Shown: positions 10,365 to 22,400, numbered from the stretch's first letter. The stretch: 64,000 nt of DNA from Rhodothermales bacterium (GCA_965223485.1 OZ244993.1:8483-72482), one strand, 5' to 3'. Translations and numbers: made by a program. Notes: generated by a model from the letters alone, not told the origin.

Positions 10365-13300
10365 TTATTGCAATGCGCTCTTCGGGATTGTTCTCCGTTC
10401 TTTTTCCCCGGCGGCGCCTATGTCTCTTCCCGGCGCATTCCACGGAATGTTCACCGGATCGGGCACGCGGCCCGGCCCCCTCGGCGAAAATCGCAAAAAC
10501 ACCACCTCTTCCTCAGGCATACGATCCAGCGGCACGCGCACCCGGCTGCGCGTGTACACCAGCGTCTCCCGGCGGCCCAGCTCGCGGCCCTGCCCGTCGT
10601 ACGCCACCACCTCGCCCGCAAAAGGACGATCCTGCGTCTCCACCAAAAACGTCGCGGACATGGAAACCCCATACGACAACGACAACAGCGTGGCCCGTAG
10701 CTGAGACGCGCCTTCGCCGGGTACGTACACCCCCGGAACGCGCATCGTCACGCGAGCCGTCCTCTCTCCCGTAACCTCCTCCGGCATACGGTCCGTTCGC
10801 ACGTACTGACGAGGAGATGACACCACATCGAAAAACGCCGCGTAGCCCTGCTCCTCCATAGCCGCAAGCGCTCCCTCCTGCACCCCGTAACGGATAAGAC
10901 CCTTCTCGCCGGGCTGCAATACCAACACGCCCGGATGGATGTCCACCACCTGGGATAAATCGCCCAGGCGTGAGTCCGATGCATCCTCAACTACCACCTC
11001 CCGGCCGTCCTCGGTCGCCTCCGTATAGCCGAATCGAGCAGACACCGACACCTCCAGCGGAATGAGCGACGGATTCGACAGCTCGAACGCGCCGTTGGGC
11101 TTCCCTTCCGTCAAAAACGCAACGTCCGGGTAGATGCTAAGACTCTGATCCTCCGTCAAGCCGGCGGGAACCTCCCGCGACGTGCTAAAGCGAACCCCTC
11201 CGGGGCCTATCGTGATCACGCGCTGCGAAGGAACGACCGTCACTTCGACCTCGACCGAGTGCGTCTCTTCGCGCTCGCCCGAACGAAGAACCACGTCCAT
11301 AGCGCCCGCATACCGCCCCGAAGGCGCGCCCGTAAGGTCCAGCTCGCCTCCGAAGCGAAGAAGACGGCAGGCGCCCTCCGTAAGCGTCGCCTCCGTATAC
11401 AGCCCGCCTATCGCCTGAGAAGAAAGCTGCTCGCACGACTCCGCAAAGGACCAGGAAGGAGAAAGAACGAGCGAAGACGGCTCGGCAGCGCCCTCACGCT
11501 TCAGAAGAACCGGAGCGACAACCTCTATGGAAAGGTCCATCTCCCCGTTCTCGTCGAACGATGCGTCGCCGCCCGGCGAAAGCGTCATGCGCCCCGCATG
11601 GTACGGACCCGATACGCGCGTCGATATCTGATCCGTCATCGGATCGAGCGACGCCTCGGTCTGTGACGACTGCACCCCGAAACGAAGGGGCGAGGCGCTT
11701 ACCGTTACGCCAAGGGCCGTCGGATCCGAAGGCGCCCGTGAGGAAGACCCCGCTACGGGAGGCTCTTCTGCGGGAGGCGAAACAGGATCCGGGGCAGGCG
11801 TCCGTATCCTGTCGAGCACCGTTACCGTCACCTCCGCCGAACCGGACTCCGCATTCGCTGCAGAGACGGCCAGCAGGTACTCGTAGGTCTCGTCTTCTTC
11901 CACCTCTTCCGGCACATAGAACGTCGGCGAGGAAACGTCCGTAGCGCTAAGCAGCGCCGTATTTGTCGTAGAGCCTCGGGCCGTCCAGGCGTATTCGTAG
12001 GCAGAGCCCGCAGGAGCCCCCGAAGCCGAGCAATCCAGAGCGAAGTCCTCCGAGCCCTCATAGACCGAAGGCGGATCCACACATACCACGCTCAAGGCGC
12101 CCCGGTTCAGCACCGTCACGGTCACCTCTGCCGAACCGGACTCCGCATTCTCCGCCGAGACGGTCAAAAGGTACTCGTAGGTTTCGTCCTCCTCCACTTC
12201 CTCCGGCACGTAGAACATCGGGGAGGAAACGTCCGCAGCGCTGAGCAGCGCCGTATTTGTCGTAGAGCCTCTGGCCGTCCAGGCGTATTCGTAGGCAGAA
12301 CCCGCAGGAGCGCCCGAAGCCGTGCAGTCGAAAGCAACGTCCTCCGATCCCTCGTACACCGAACCCGGATCCGCGCACGCGAGCGCAAGCGCACCCCGGT
12401 TAAGCACCGTAACGGTCACATCCGCCGAAGCATCTATCGCATTCTCCGCCGAGACGGTCAGCAGGTACTCGTACGTTTCGTCCTCTGCAACTTCATCCGG
12501 TACATAGAACGTCGGAGAAGGTATGTCCACGGCGCTCAATCGGGACGTGTTCGGCGTCGCGCCCTGAGCTATCCACGAGTACACGTAGGCAGAACCCGCA
12601 GGAGCCCCCGACGCCGAACAGTCGAACGCGATGTCTGCCGATCCCTCGTATACCGAACCGGGGTCCGCGCACGCGAGCGCAAGCGCACCCCGGTTAAGCA
12701 CCGTAACGGTCACCTCCGCCGTTGCGGACTCCGCATTCTCCGCACTGGCCGTAAGCAGGTATTCGTACGTTTCGTCCTCTGCAACTTCATCCGGTACATA
12801 GAACGTCGGAGAAGGTATGTCCACGGCGCTCAATCGGGACGTGTTCGGCGTCGCGCCCTGAGCTATCCACGAGTACACGTAGGCAGAACCCGCAGGAGCC
12901 CCCGACGCCGAACAGTCGAACGCGATGTCTGCCGATCCCTCGTATACCGAACCGGGATCCGCGCACACGAGCGCAAGCGCCCCCTTATTCAGCACCGTCA
13001 CCGAAACCTCCGCCGCAGCGGACTCCGCATTCTCCGCCGAGACGGTTAGCAGGTACTCGTAGGTCGTGGTCTCGTCCAACGCATCCGGCACGTGGAACGT
13101 CGGAGAAGGTATGTCCGCCCCGCTAAGCAGATCCGTATTTGTCGTAGAGCCTCGGGCCGTCCAGGCGTACGCATAATCGACGTTGTCCCCCGTATCCCCT
13201 GAAATCGAACAGTCCAACGCGAAGTCCTCCGAACCTTCGTACACCAGGGGAGGCGATGCGCAAACGAGCGCAATGGATCCGAGGTTAAGCACCTTCACCG

Positions 13301-16300
13301 TCACTTCCGCCGTTGCGGATTCCGCATTCTCCGCCGAAACCGTCAAAAGGTACTTGTACGTTTCGTCCTTCTCCACCTCCTCCGGCACGTCGAATGTCGG
13401 GGCGGGACCGTCCGCACTGGCAATAAGCAGGTCCGTGTTCGCCGTACTGCCCCGCGCCGTCCATTCGTACGCGTAGTCGGAGCCCGCAGGAGCGCCCGAC
13501 GCCGAACAGTCGAACGCGAAGTCCTCAGATCCCTCGTAGACCGAACCGGGGTCCGCACACGCAAGCGCAAGAGCGCCCCGGTTCAAAACCGTCACGGTCA
13601 CCTCCGCCGAAGCAGACTCCGCATTCTCCGCGCTCGCCGTAAGCAGGTACTCGTACGTTTCGTCCTCATCCACTTCCTCCGGCACGTCGAATGTCGGGGC
13701 GGGGCCATCCACGCCGCTGATTAGAAGGTCCGTGTTTGCCGTACTTCCCCGGACCGTCCAGGCGTACTCGTAGGCAGAACCTGCCGGAGCGCCCGAAACC
13801 GCGCAATCCAGAGCGAAATCCTCCGATCCCTCGTACACCGAACCCGGATCCGTGCATATAACGGCAAGCGCACCCCGGTTCAAAACCGTCACGGTCACCT
13901 CTGCCGTAGCGTCCTCCGCATTCTCCGCCGAGACGGTTAGCCTGTACTCGTACGTCTCGTCCCCTGCAACTTCCTCCGGTACATAGAACGTCGGGGAGGC
14001 GATGTCCGCAGCGCTCAATAGCGCCGTATCCGTCGTACTCCCCCGTCCCGTCCACTCGTACGTGTACTCGGAACCCGCCGGAGCACCGGACGCCGTACAA
14101 TCCAGAGCGAAATCCTCCGATCCCTCGTACACAGAACCCGGATCCGCGCATATAACGGCAAGCGCACCCCGGTTCAGCACCGTCACCGTCACCTCAGCCG
14201 TAGCGTCTTCCGCATTCGCCGCACGCGCCGTCAACAGGTACTCGTAGGTCGTCGTAGCGTCTACTTCCTCCGGCACGTAGAACGTCGGAGAAGCAATGTC
14301 CGCCGCGCTAAGCAGATCCGTATTCGTCGTTGAGCCTATGGCCGTCCACTCGTACGTATAATCGACGTTGTCCCCCGTATCCCCTGAAATCGAGCAGTCC
14401 AGCGCAAAGTCCGCCGAACCCTCGTACACCAGGGGAGGCGATGCGCAAACGAGCGCAATGGATCCGAGGTTAAGCACCTTCACCGTCACCTCTGCCCTTG
14501 CGGACTCCGCATTCTCCGCCGAGACGGTCAGCGTGTATTCGTACGTCTCGTCCTCGTCCACTTCTTCCGGCACCGCGAATGTCGGGGCGGGACCGTCCGT
14601 ACCGGCGACAAGCAGGTCCGTGTTCGCCGTACTGTTTCTGGCCGTCCAGGCGTATGTATACCCGGAGCCCGCGGGAGCCCCCGAAGCCGCGCAGTCGAAC
14701 GCAACGTCCTCCGATCCCTCGTACACCGAACCCGGATCCGCGCATATAACGGCAAGCGCACCCCGGTTCAGCACCGTCACCGTCACCTCCGCCCTCGCAT
14801 CTTCCGCGTTCTCAGCACGCGCCGTCAACAGGTACTCGTACGTCGTCGTCTCCTCCAACGCATCCGGCACGTAGAACGTCGGGGAGGCAATGTCCGCAGC
14901 GCTCAATCGGAACGTGTTCGGCGTACTGCCCCGCGCCGTCCATTCGTACGCGTAGTCGGAGCCAGCAGGAGCCCCCGAAGCCGAGCAATCCAGAGCGAAG
15001 TCCTCCGAGCCCTCATAGACCGAAGGCGGATCCACACATACCACGCTCAAGGCGCCCCGGTTCAGCACCGTCACCGTCACCTCCGCCCTCGCATCTTCCG
15101 CGTTCTCCGCACTGGCCGTAAGCAGGTACTCGTACGTCGTCGTCGCGTCCACCTCCTCCGGCACGTCGAATGTCGGGGCGGGACCGTCCGCACCGGCAAT
15201 AAGCAGGTCCGTGTTCGCCGTACTGCCCCGCGCCGTCCATTCGTACGCGTAGTCGGAGCCAGCAGGAGCCCCCGAAGCCGAGCAGTCGAACGCGAAGTCT
15301 TCCGAGCCTTCGTACACCGAACCCGGATCCGCGCATATAACGGCAAGCGCACCCCGGTTCAGCACCGTCACCGTCACCTCTGCCGTAGCGTCCTCCGCAT
15401 TCGCCGCCGAGACGGTCAACAGGTATTCGTAGGTCGTCGTAGCATCCACCTCCTCCGGTACCTCGAACGTCGGCTTCTCAACGGTCGTACTACTCAACCT
15501 GCTCGTGTCGCCGCCGCCCCGCGCCGTCCATTCGTACGCGTAGTCGGAGCCCGCAGGAGCGCCCGACGCCGCGCAGTCCAAAGCGAAATCCTCCGATCCC
15601 TCATACACCGGAGAAGGCGTCGCGCACGCAACGCTAAGCGCTCTCTTGTTCAGTACTTTCACGGTAACGTCTTCGGTGACATCATCAATGCCCGAAGCCG
15701 ACAGTGTCACCGTGTATTCGTAGTCTGTGTCCGCATCTACATTGTCCGGCACGTCGAACGCCGGTTTCAGTATGGTCGAGCTGCTCAACCGATTGGCAAT
15801 ATCCGTACCTGTCCACGCGTACGTAGCGCCAGACGGCTCATCTGTCACCGAACAGTCCAGCGTAATATCGTCCGCGCCCTCGTATACCGGGTCTGGATCT
15901 ATACAGGTTATGCCAGGCGTCTCCGGGGGAGACGTATCCGTGTCCCGAACCGTCACCTCAACGGTCGCCCGCCCCGCATCGGAAAAGAGCGACGTAACCG
16001 TTGCCGTGTAAACGTAGGTCGTATCCCTGTCTACATCCTCCGGCACATCGAAAGTGGGCGTGCCGGTATCGTGATCCGTGAGCCGATCGGTCGGAGACCA
16101 GGACCAGGTATAGGTATACGGAGGGACCAAACTTCCGTCGGCGCGGCAGTCGAAAGCGAAATCGGGCGTATCGGCTCCTTCCGGGACGTCGTAGGCCGTC
16201 CCGGTGCAAGTGACCGAAATGTCGCCCCACTCCCTTACTGTTATGTCCACGAAAAATTTCCCCGTCTCGCCAACATCCGAAGTAGCCGTTACGATGTATT

Positions 16301-19097
16301 CGTGGCGTTCGTCTCCATCGATATCCGGAACATCGAAAAAAGGATTGGGAATGTCATCGGCACTCAGCAGAGCCAGATTCGTCATACCGGTTGAAGCCGT
16401 CCACGACCAGACGTACGAGGCGTTCTCCGGCGCATCCGTAACTTCGCAAGCGAATCTCGGGTCCGGCAGTTTTTCCCATATGACTATGGTCATTCTCGCA
16501 TTTGACACATTAGATGGCGTCCCGACTACCTGGCAATTGACCGCCAGCGACGGAACAGGCGTATCCGTGTCGAGCACCGTCACCGTAACGTTGGCGGTCT
16601 CATCGTCCGCATTCTCCGCCGTAGCCGTCACCGCGTACGTATACGTCGTGTCTTGCTCTACACTGCCAGGTACAGCGAACGTGGGCGTACCCGTATCGTG
16701 ATCCGTAAGACGGGTATTCGGAGACCATGACCACGTATATGAAGAGCCCCTCGGAGCCCCCGAAGCCGCGCAGTCCAGGGCGAAGTCCTCCGAGCCTTCG
16801 TATACCGGAGAAGGCATCGCGCACGCAACGCTAAGCGCTCTCTTGTTCAGTACTTTCACGGTAACGTCTTCGGTGACATCATCAATGCCCGAAGCCGACA
16901 GCGTCACCGTGTATTCGTAGTCTGTGTCCGCATCTACATTGTCCGGCACGTCGAACGTCGGTTTCAGTATGGTCGAGCTGCTCAACCGATTGGCAATATC
17001 CGTACCTGTCCACGCGTACGTAGCGCCAGACGGCTCATCTGTCACCGAACAGTCCAGCGTAATGTCGGCCGCCCCCTCGTATAATTCGGCGTCATTGCAG
17101 TCGATAACAGGATCCGTGTTGAATGCGAGTATAGATACCGTAACCTCCACCGAAGCGTCATCCGCGTTCTCTGCGCTCACCGTCAGCCTGTAGTACCACG
17201 ACGAGTGGTTCTCTACCTCGGGTCCGTCAAACAGCGGAATTTCTATGTTCGTCGCGTTAAGCAGGCGCGTATCCGGCGTACCGTTCCGAGCCGTCCATGC
17301 GTACGCGTAGTCTGAACCGGCAGGCGCACCCCGCCATCCGCTTTTACAAACGTGTAATGGAAAATCCGTGGCGCTCCCGTTCGCGACAAAGCCTCGGGTT
17401 GGCCCGCTACACCAGATATCGGGCTTCTCCAGCACCGTTACCGTAACCTCTTTGCTGGCCTGCTCGACGCCTCCAACCGACATCGTCACCGTGTATTCGT
17501 AGTCCTTATTCGCCTCGGCCGGCTCATCGATATCGGCCGGCACGGAAAACGTCGGTCTCAGAATAGTCGTACTGCTCAGGTCGTTCGTATTCGATGTACT
17601 GCCCCGACGCCCCCACTCGTACGTAGCGCCTGTCGGCTCATCTGTCACTGAACAGTCCAGCGTAAAACCGGCCGCACCCTCGTAGACCTCGTACGGATCG
17701 CCGGCGCAATCTACGTCGATCGCAGGCTTGTTCAGCACGGTTATCCTGACATCGTCGCTGGCAAACAGGCTGTAAGGATCAGGCCCCCCCGGCGATGTCC
17801 AGATTGCTATCGTGTACTCGTAGATCTCGTCCGCATCCACCGAATCAGGTGCATCGAAAATTGCGTCATATCCCCTATGCCTCAGCTTTGGAGTCGAAGA
17901 CGCATCTTGCGGCGGAGCAACCTGCTCGCCGAGACGCGACCATCTCAGCCATACGTTCACATTAAACGGCCCATTCCCATCGCAGTCCAACAGAAGGTCC
18001 TCCGCTCCCTCGTACACACTGTAGGGGCTATCGTCACAAGTGACGCCAGCCGAAGAATCCGCATCGCCAACCGCCTCGCCTCCGACGACCCTGACCGTGA
18101 CCCTTCGCCTTGCCGTGCGGGGCGTCCCCGAAGCCTGCGACGTCATGCTCGCTATGTAATGGTACTCCTCGCCCGCGCTGCCGGCAGGAGCCGTAAACAA
18201 AGGAGACGACAGGTCCGTCGCTGCGAGAGGAGCCATGCTCGTTCCCCATAGACCCTCCCACTCCCACAATATCGACGCCCCGTCCTCGTCGTAGTCCATA
18301 CGATGCGACAGCGGATCGACCCCCTCGCAATCGAGCGCGATCGCCTCGCCCTCCTCAACCGATACCTCCAGCGGACAATACACGCTCGGACGACTGCCCG
18401 ATACGTACACCTCCACCTCCCGCCACGACGAAAGACCCGTAGCGCGGGACGTCGCCGTCAAGCGGTACCGGTAAAGAAACGTCGTCTCCCCCGAATAAAA
18501 CGACTCCAGCGTCTCGTACGACGGAGTCTCCGGAGCCACCACCGAGGGATTCGGAACATCCTCGGGCGTCAACCTCGGATTGTCCAGATAGTCCCGCGTC
18601 GTACTTCCCACAGGCTCCCACGAATATTCGAGATACTCCTCTCCCGAAGCGTCCCATGCATGACACTCGACCTGTCCCGTCTCGAGCTCCTCCAGAAAAA
18701 TAGCTACAGGACACTCCAGACGAGGAGGCGTCCGCCAGACAGGTCCGGAAGGCTCGCCCGGGCGCGCTTTTCCTTCCGGACCGAACCCGAAAGGATCCGG
18801 CGTCTTCTCCCGCGGCGCGCAGCTTTCCCCGAACTCGCCGGGAACCGTAAAAGGATCGCATTCCTCCCGCACAACGGGCGCCCAGGCCGATTCCTCCGGA
18901 ACGCCGCCCTTTACCGGAAAACCCTCTTCCCGGATAACCTGGCCCTGCGCCGAAGAAACGCAGAGCAGCCCCGCAACGGCAAGCACGCATGCCAGGCGCC
19001 CAGCCGAAGCGCCGGAACCATCGAAAACACCCGAATGCGAAACAACCGGCAGAGGACCGAAGCCGACGTCATCGCGCATTGCACGATCACGAACCAT
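10365..19097 (-). CDS. Giant secreted Ig/PKD-like repeat protein, paralog 2
   Basis: 2910 aa ORF with AAGGA RBS upstream of the ATG. Same signal peptide, cap, repeats and C-terminal region as paralog 1. Confidence 0.9.
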   Translation of the reverse strand: MVRDRAMRDDVGFGPLPVVSHSGVFDGSGASAGRLACVLAVAGLLCVSSAQGQVIREEGFPVKGGVPEESAWAPVVREECDPFTVPGEFGESCAPREKTPDPFGFGPEGKARPGEPSGPVWRTPPRLECPVAIFLEELETGQVECHAWDASGEEYLEYSWEPVGSTTRDYLDNPRLTPEDVPNPSVVAPETPSYETLESFYSGETTFLYRYRLTATSRATGLSSWREVEVYVSGSRPSVYCPLEVSVEEGEAIALDCEGVDPLSHRMDYDEDGASILWEWEGLWGTSMAPLAATDLSSPLFTAPAGSAGEEYHYIASMTSQASGTPRTARRRVTVRVVGGEAVGDADSSAGVTCDDSPYSVYEGAEDLLLDCDGNGPFNVNVWLRWSRLGEQVAPPQDASSTPKLRHRGYDAIFDAPDSVDADEIYEYTIAIWTSPGGPDPYSLFASDDVRITVLNKPAIDVDCAGDPYEVYEGAAGFTLDCSVTDEPTGATYEWGRRGSTSNTNDLSSTTILRPTFSVPADIDEPAEANKDYEYTVTMSVGGVEQASKEVTVTVLEKPDIWCSGPTRGFVANGSATDFPLHVCKSGWRGAPAGSDYAYAWTARNGTPDTRLLNATNIEIPLFDGPEVENHSSWYYRLTVSAENADDASVEVTVSILAFNTDPVIDCNDAELYEGAADITLDCSVTDEPSGATYAWTGTDIANRLSSSTILKPTFDVPDNVDADTDYEYTVTLSASGIDDVTEDVTVKVLNKRALSVACAMPSPVYEGSEDFALDCAASGAPRGSSYTWSWSPNTRLTDHDTGTPTFAVPGSVEQDTTYTYAVTATAENADDETANVTVTVLDTDTPVPSLAVNCQVVGTPSNVSNARMTIVIWEKLPDPRFACEVTDAPENASYVWSWTASTGMTNLALLSADDIPNPFFDVPDIDGDERHEYIVTATSDVGETGKFFVDITVREWGDISVTCTGTAYDVPEGADTPDFAFDCRADGSLVPPYTYTWSWSPTDRLTDHDTGTPTFDVPEDVDRDTTYVYTATVTSLFSDAGRATVEVTVRDTDTSPPETPGITCIDPDPVYEGADDITLDCSVTDEPSGATYAWTGTDIANRLSSSTILKPAFDVPDNVDADTDYEYTVTLSASGIDDVTEDVTVKVLNKRALSVACATPSPVYEGSEDFALDCAASGAPAGSDYAYEWTARGGGDTSRLSSTTVEKPTFEVPEEVDATTTYEYLLTVSAANAEDATAEVTVTVLNRGALAVICADPGSVYEGSEDFAFDCSASGAPAGSDYAYEWTARGSTANTDLLIAGADGPAPTFDVPEEVDATTTYEYLLTASAENAEDARAEVTVTVLNRGALSVVCVDPPSVYEGSEDFALDCSASGAPAGSDYAYEWTARGSTPNTFRLSAADIASPTFYVPDALEETTTYEYLLTARAENAEDARAEVTVTVLNRGALAVICADPGSVYEGSEDVAFDCAASGAPAGSGYTYAWTARNSTANTDLLVAGTDGPAPTFAVPEEVDEDETYEYTLTVSAENAESARAEVTVKVLNLGSIALVCASPPLVYEGSADFALDCSISGDTGDNVDYTYEWTAIGSTTNTDLLSAADIASPTFYVPEEVDATTTYEYLLTARAANAEDATAEVTVTVLNRGALAVICADPGSVYEGSEDFALDCTASGAPAGSEYTYEWTGRGSTTDTALLSAADIASPTFYVPEEVAGDETYEYRLTVSAENAEDATAEVTVTVLNRGALAVICTDPGSVYEGSEDFALDCAVSGAPAGSAYEYAWTVRGSTANTDLLISGVDGPAPTFDVPEEVDEDETYEYLLTASAENAESASAEVTVTVLNRGALALACADPGSVYEGSEDFAFDCSASGAPAGSDYAYEWTARGSTANTDLLIASADGPAPTFDVPEEVEKDETYKYLLTVSAENAESATAEVTVKVLNLGSIALVCASPPLVYEGSEDFALDCSISGDTGDNVDYAYAWTARGSTTNTDLLSGADIPSPTFHVPDALDETTTYEYLLTVSAENAESAAAEVSVTVLNKGALALVCADPGSVYEGSADIAFDCSASGAPAGSAYVYSWIAQGATPNTSRLSAVDIPSPTFYVPDEVAEDETYEYLLTASAENAESATAEVTVTVLNRGALALACADPGSVYEGSADIAFDCSASGAPAGSAYVYSWIAQGATPNTSRLSAVDIPSPTFYVPDEVAEDETYEYLLTVSAENAIDASADVTVTVLNRGALALACADPGSVYEGSEDVAFDCTASGAPAGSAYEYAWTARGSTTNTALLSAADVSSPMFYVPEEVEEDETYEYLLTVSAENAESGSAEVTVTVLNRGALSVVCVDPPSVYEGSEDFALDCSASGAPAGSAYEYAWTARGSTTNTALLSATDVSSPTFYVPEEVEEDETYEYLLAVSAANAESGSAEVTVTVLDRIRTPAPDPVSPPAEEPPVAGSSSRAPSDPTALGVTVSASPLRFGVQSSQTEASLDPMTDQISTRVSGPYHAGRMTLSPGGDASFDENGEMDLSIEVVAPVLLKREGAAEPSSLVLSPSWSFAESCEQLSSQAIGGLYTEATLTEGACRLLRFGGELDLTGAPSGRYAGAMDVVLRSGEREETHSVEVEVTVVPSQRVITIGPGGVRFSTSREVPAGLTEDQSLSIYPDVAFLTEGKPNGAFELSNPSLIPLEVSVSARFGYTEATEDGREVVVEDASDSRLGDLSQVVDIHPGVLVLQPGEKGLIRYGVQEGALAAMEEQGYAAFFDVVSSPRQYVRTDRMPEEVTGERTARVTMRVPGVYVPGEGASQLRATLLSLSYGVSMSATFLVETQDRPFAGEVVAYDGQGRELGRRETLVYTRSRVRVPLDRMPEEEVVFLRFSPRGPGRVPDPVNIPWNAPGRDIGAAGEKERRTIPKSALQ

Positions 19098-19150
19098 ACA
19101 TAGTCCTTAAAAAATAAGGCGCAAGACGTATTCCGGAGCCGATAGGGCAC

Positions 19151-19171
19151 AAAAAACCCATCCCTACGGGT
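19151..19171 (-). terminator. Putative intrinsic terminator/attenuator in the 5' leader of paralog 2
   Basis: Minus strand reads ACCCGT-AGGG-ATGGGT followed by TTTTT, ~55 nt before the start codon. Confidence 0.5.
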
Positions 19172-19233
19172 ATACCGGAAGCATTTTCGCACCTCAAAAT
19201 ACGCTGCATGCCACCTTTGTGGCACTTCCGAAT

Positions 19234-19265
19234 CAAATTTACTGTATGGGAAGATAAAAAATCAA
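19234..19265 (-). promoter_or_regulatory. Putative Bacteroidota-type promoter TTG-N21-TAAATTTG
   Basis: Matches the TAnnTTTG -7 box with TTG 21 nt upstream. Both boxes are conserved in the two copies while the spacer diverges. Confidence 0.55.
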
Positions 19266-19445
19266 GGGGTGTAAAATATAAACGTTAATATATAAATTGA
19301 TTGTCCGTTGCAAAAAATAAGGAACCGCAATCGGCGCCGTGTTTACGCCAAACCAGCTATAGCGGTTATGGGCATAGGAACGGTAGATGGCGTTGCAGAA
19401 GTTGCAATCGCCGTCAAACAGGATAACGGGGCGGGGATCGTTCAT
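19239..19445 (-). pseudogene. DCC-family (DUF393/YuxK-like) thiol-disulfide oxidoreductase relic with internal deletion
   Basis: MNDPRPVILFDGDCNFCNA (DxxCxxC motif) is joined directly to IYRSYAHNRYSWFG, which matches the C-terminal Y..A.NRY.WFG motif of the family. The middle of the protein is missing. Confidence 0.75.
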
Positions 19446-19489
19446 CGGATCGGCCTTAAATGGCGATCGACTCTGAGATATCCAACAGT

Positions 19490-22400
19490 TTATTGCAATG
19501 CGCTCTTCGGGGTTGTTCTCCCTTCTTTTTCCCCGGCAGCGCCTATGTCTCTTCCCGGCGCATTCCACTCAACGGATGTGGGCTCGGGTACTCGACTCGA
19601 TCCCCAAGGCGCAAATCGTAAAAACACCACCTCTTCCTCAGGCATACGATCCAGCGGCACGCGCACCCGGCTGCGCGTGTACACCAGCGTCTCCCGGCGG
19701 CCCAGCTCGCGGCCCTGCCCGTCGTACGCCACCACCTCGCCCGCAAAAGGACGATCCTGCGTCTCCAGCAAAAACGTCGCGGACATGGAAACCCCATACG
19801 ACAACGACAACAGCCGAGCCCGTAGCTGAGACGCGCCTTCGCCGGGTACGTACACACCCGGAACGCGCATCGTCACGCGAGCCGTCCTCTCTCCCGTAAC
19901 CTCCTCCGGCATACGGTCCGAACGCACGTACTGACGAGGAGATGACACCACATCGAAAAACGCCGCGTAGCCCTTCTCCGACATAGCCGCAAGCGCTCCC
20001 TCCTTCACCCCGTAACGCACCAGACCCTTCTCTCCGGGCATCAAGACCAACACGCCCGGATGTATGTCCACCACCTTCGACAAATCGCCCAGACGAGAAC
20101 CATCGGGCGACTCTATCACTACTTCCCGCCCATTCTCCGTCGCCTCCGTATACCCGAATCGAGCAGACACCGACACCTCCAGCGGAATGAGCGACGGATT
20201 CGACAGCTCGAACGCGCCGTTGGGCTTCCCTTCCGTCAAAAACGCAACGTCCGGGTAGATGCTAAGACTCTGATCCTCCGTCAAGCCGGCGGGAACCTCC
20301 CGCGACGTGCTGAAGCGAACCCCTCCGGGGCCTATCGTGATCACGCGCTGCGAAGGAACGACCGTCACTTCGACCTCGACCGAGTGCGTCTCTTCGCGCT
20401 CGCCCGAACGAAGAACGATGTCCATAGCGCCCGCATACCGGCCCGAAGGCGCGTCCGTAAGGTCCAGCTCGCCTCCGAAGCGAAGAAGGCGGCAGGCGCC
20501 CTCCGTAAGCGTCGCCTCCGTATACAGCCCGCCTATCGCCTGAGAAGAAAGCTGCTCGCACGACTCCGCAAAGGACCAGGAAGGAGAAAGAACGAGCGAA
20601 GACGGCCCGGCAGCGCCCTCGCGCTTCAGAAGAACCGGAGCGATGACCTCTATGGACAGGTCCATCTCCCCGTTCTCGTCGAACGATGCGCCGCCGCCCG
20701 GCGAAAGCGTCATGCGCCCCGCATGGTACGGACCCGATACGCGCGTCGATATCTGATCCGTCAGCGGATCGAGCGACGCCTCGGTCTGTGACGACTGCAC
20801 CCCGAAACGCAAGGACGATGCGCTTACCGTTACGCCAAGAGCCGACGGATCCGAAGGCGCCCGCGAGGAAGACTCCGCTACGGCAGGCAAAGGATCGGCG
20901 GGGGGCTCTTCTGCGGGAGGCGAAACAGGATCCGGGGCAGGCGTCCGTATCCGGTCGAGCACCGTTACGGTAACGTCCGCCGCAGCGTCTTTCGCATTCG
21001 CCGCAGAGACGGTCAAAAGGTACTCGTAGGTCTCGTCTTCTTCCACCTCTTCCGGTACATGGAACGTCGGAGAAGCAGTGTCCCCAGCACTCAATAGCGA
21101 CGTGTCCGGCGTATCGCCCCGAGCCGTCCACGCGTACGTATACTGCGGGTCGTCGCCCGGAGCCCCGGACGCCGAGCAGTCGAAAGTAACGTCCTCCGAT
21201 CCCTCGTACACCGAACCGGGGTCCGCGCACGCGAGCGCAAGCGCACCCTTGTTCAGCACCGTCACCGTCACCTCAGCCGTCGCGTCTTCTACGTTCTCCG
21301 CAGAGACGGTCAGCAGGTACTCGTAGGTCTCGTCTTCTTCCACCTCTTCCGGCACATAGAACGTCGGAGAAGCAGTGTCCCCAGCACTCAATAGCGCCGT
21401 GTCCGGCGTATCGCCCCGAGCCGCCCACGCGTACGTATACTGCGGGTTGTCGCCTGGAGCCCCCGACGCCGAGCAGTCGAACGCGATGTCTGCCGATCCC
21501 TCGTATACCGAACCGGGGTCCGCGCATATAACGGCAAGAGCGCCACTGTTCAGCACCGTCACCGTTACCTCCGCCGTCGCGTCTTCTGCGTTCTCCGCAG
21601 AGACGGTCAGCAGATACTCGTACCTCGTGGTCTCGTCCACCTCGTCCGGCACGTCGAATGTCGGGGTGGGACCGTCCGCAGCACTGAGCAGCGCCGTATC
21701 CGGCGTATCGCCCCGAGCCGTCCATGCATACGTGTACTCGGGATCGTCGCCCGGAGCCCCGGATGCCGAGCAGTCGAACGCGATGTCTTCCGATCCCTCG
21801 TACACCGGAGAAGGCATCGCGCATACCACGCGCAGCGCTCCCACATTCAACACCGTCACCGTCACATCCGCCGAAGCGTCTTCCGCATTCTCCGCCGAGA
21901 CGGTCAGCAGGTATTCGTACGTCGTCGTCTCGTCCAACGCATCCGGTACGTAGAACGTCGGCGAAGCGATGTCCACCCCACTGAGCAGATCCGTATTTGT
22001 CGTCGCGCCTATGGCCGTCCAGGCGTATTCGTAGGCAGAGCCCGCAGGCGCCCCCGAAGCCGAGCAGTCCAGAGCGAAGTTCTCCGATCCCTCGTACACC
22101 GAACCCGGATTCGCGCATATAACGGCAAGCGCACCGCGGTTCAGCACCGTCACCGTAACCTCCGCCGAAGCGGACTCCGCATTCGCTGCAGAGACGGTCA
22201 GCAGGTACTCGTACGTCGTCGTCTCGTCCAACGCATCCGGTACCGCGAATGTCGGGGAGGCGATGTCCGCCCCGCTAAGCAGATCCGTATTTGTCGTAGA
22301 GCCTATGGCCGTCCAGGCGTATTCGTAGGCAGAGCCCGCAGGCGCCCCCGAAGCCGAGCAGTCCAGAGCGAAGTTCTCCGATCCCTCGTACACCGAACCG

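Larger units (their letters stand above)
19098..19270 (-). repeat. Duplicated promoter/leader of the two-gene unit (copy of 38572-38745)
   Basis: Near-identical to 38572-38745; essentially identical over the first ~125 bp. Confidence 0.92.

Noticed and set aside
10321-10443. N-terminal extensions of paralogs 1 and 3 called by the ORF track (also 29753-29914)
   Set aside because: They overlap the 3' end of the upstream paralog. The downstream ATG has an RBS-like TAAGG and leads into the signal peptide.
9247-10704. Long plus-strand ORFs (also 28565-30136, 18303-19103, 37777-38577 and many short ones)
   Set aside because: These are antisense or alternative-frame shadows of the giant genes. They are Arg/Ser/Pro-rich and recur with the repeats.
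18911-19225. 104-aa ORF MPQRWHAAY... duplicated at 38385-38699
   Set aside because: Its conservation is explained by duplication of the leader and gene start. It overlaps the main CDS out of frame and has no clear RBS. A leader-peptide role is not supported.
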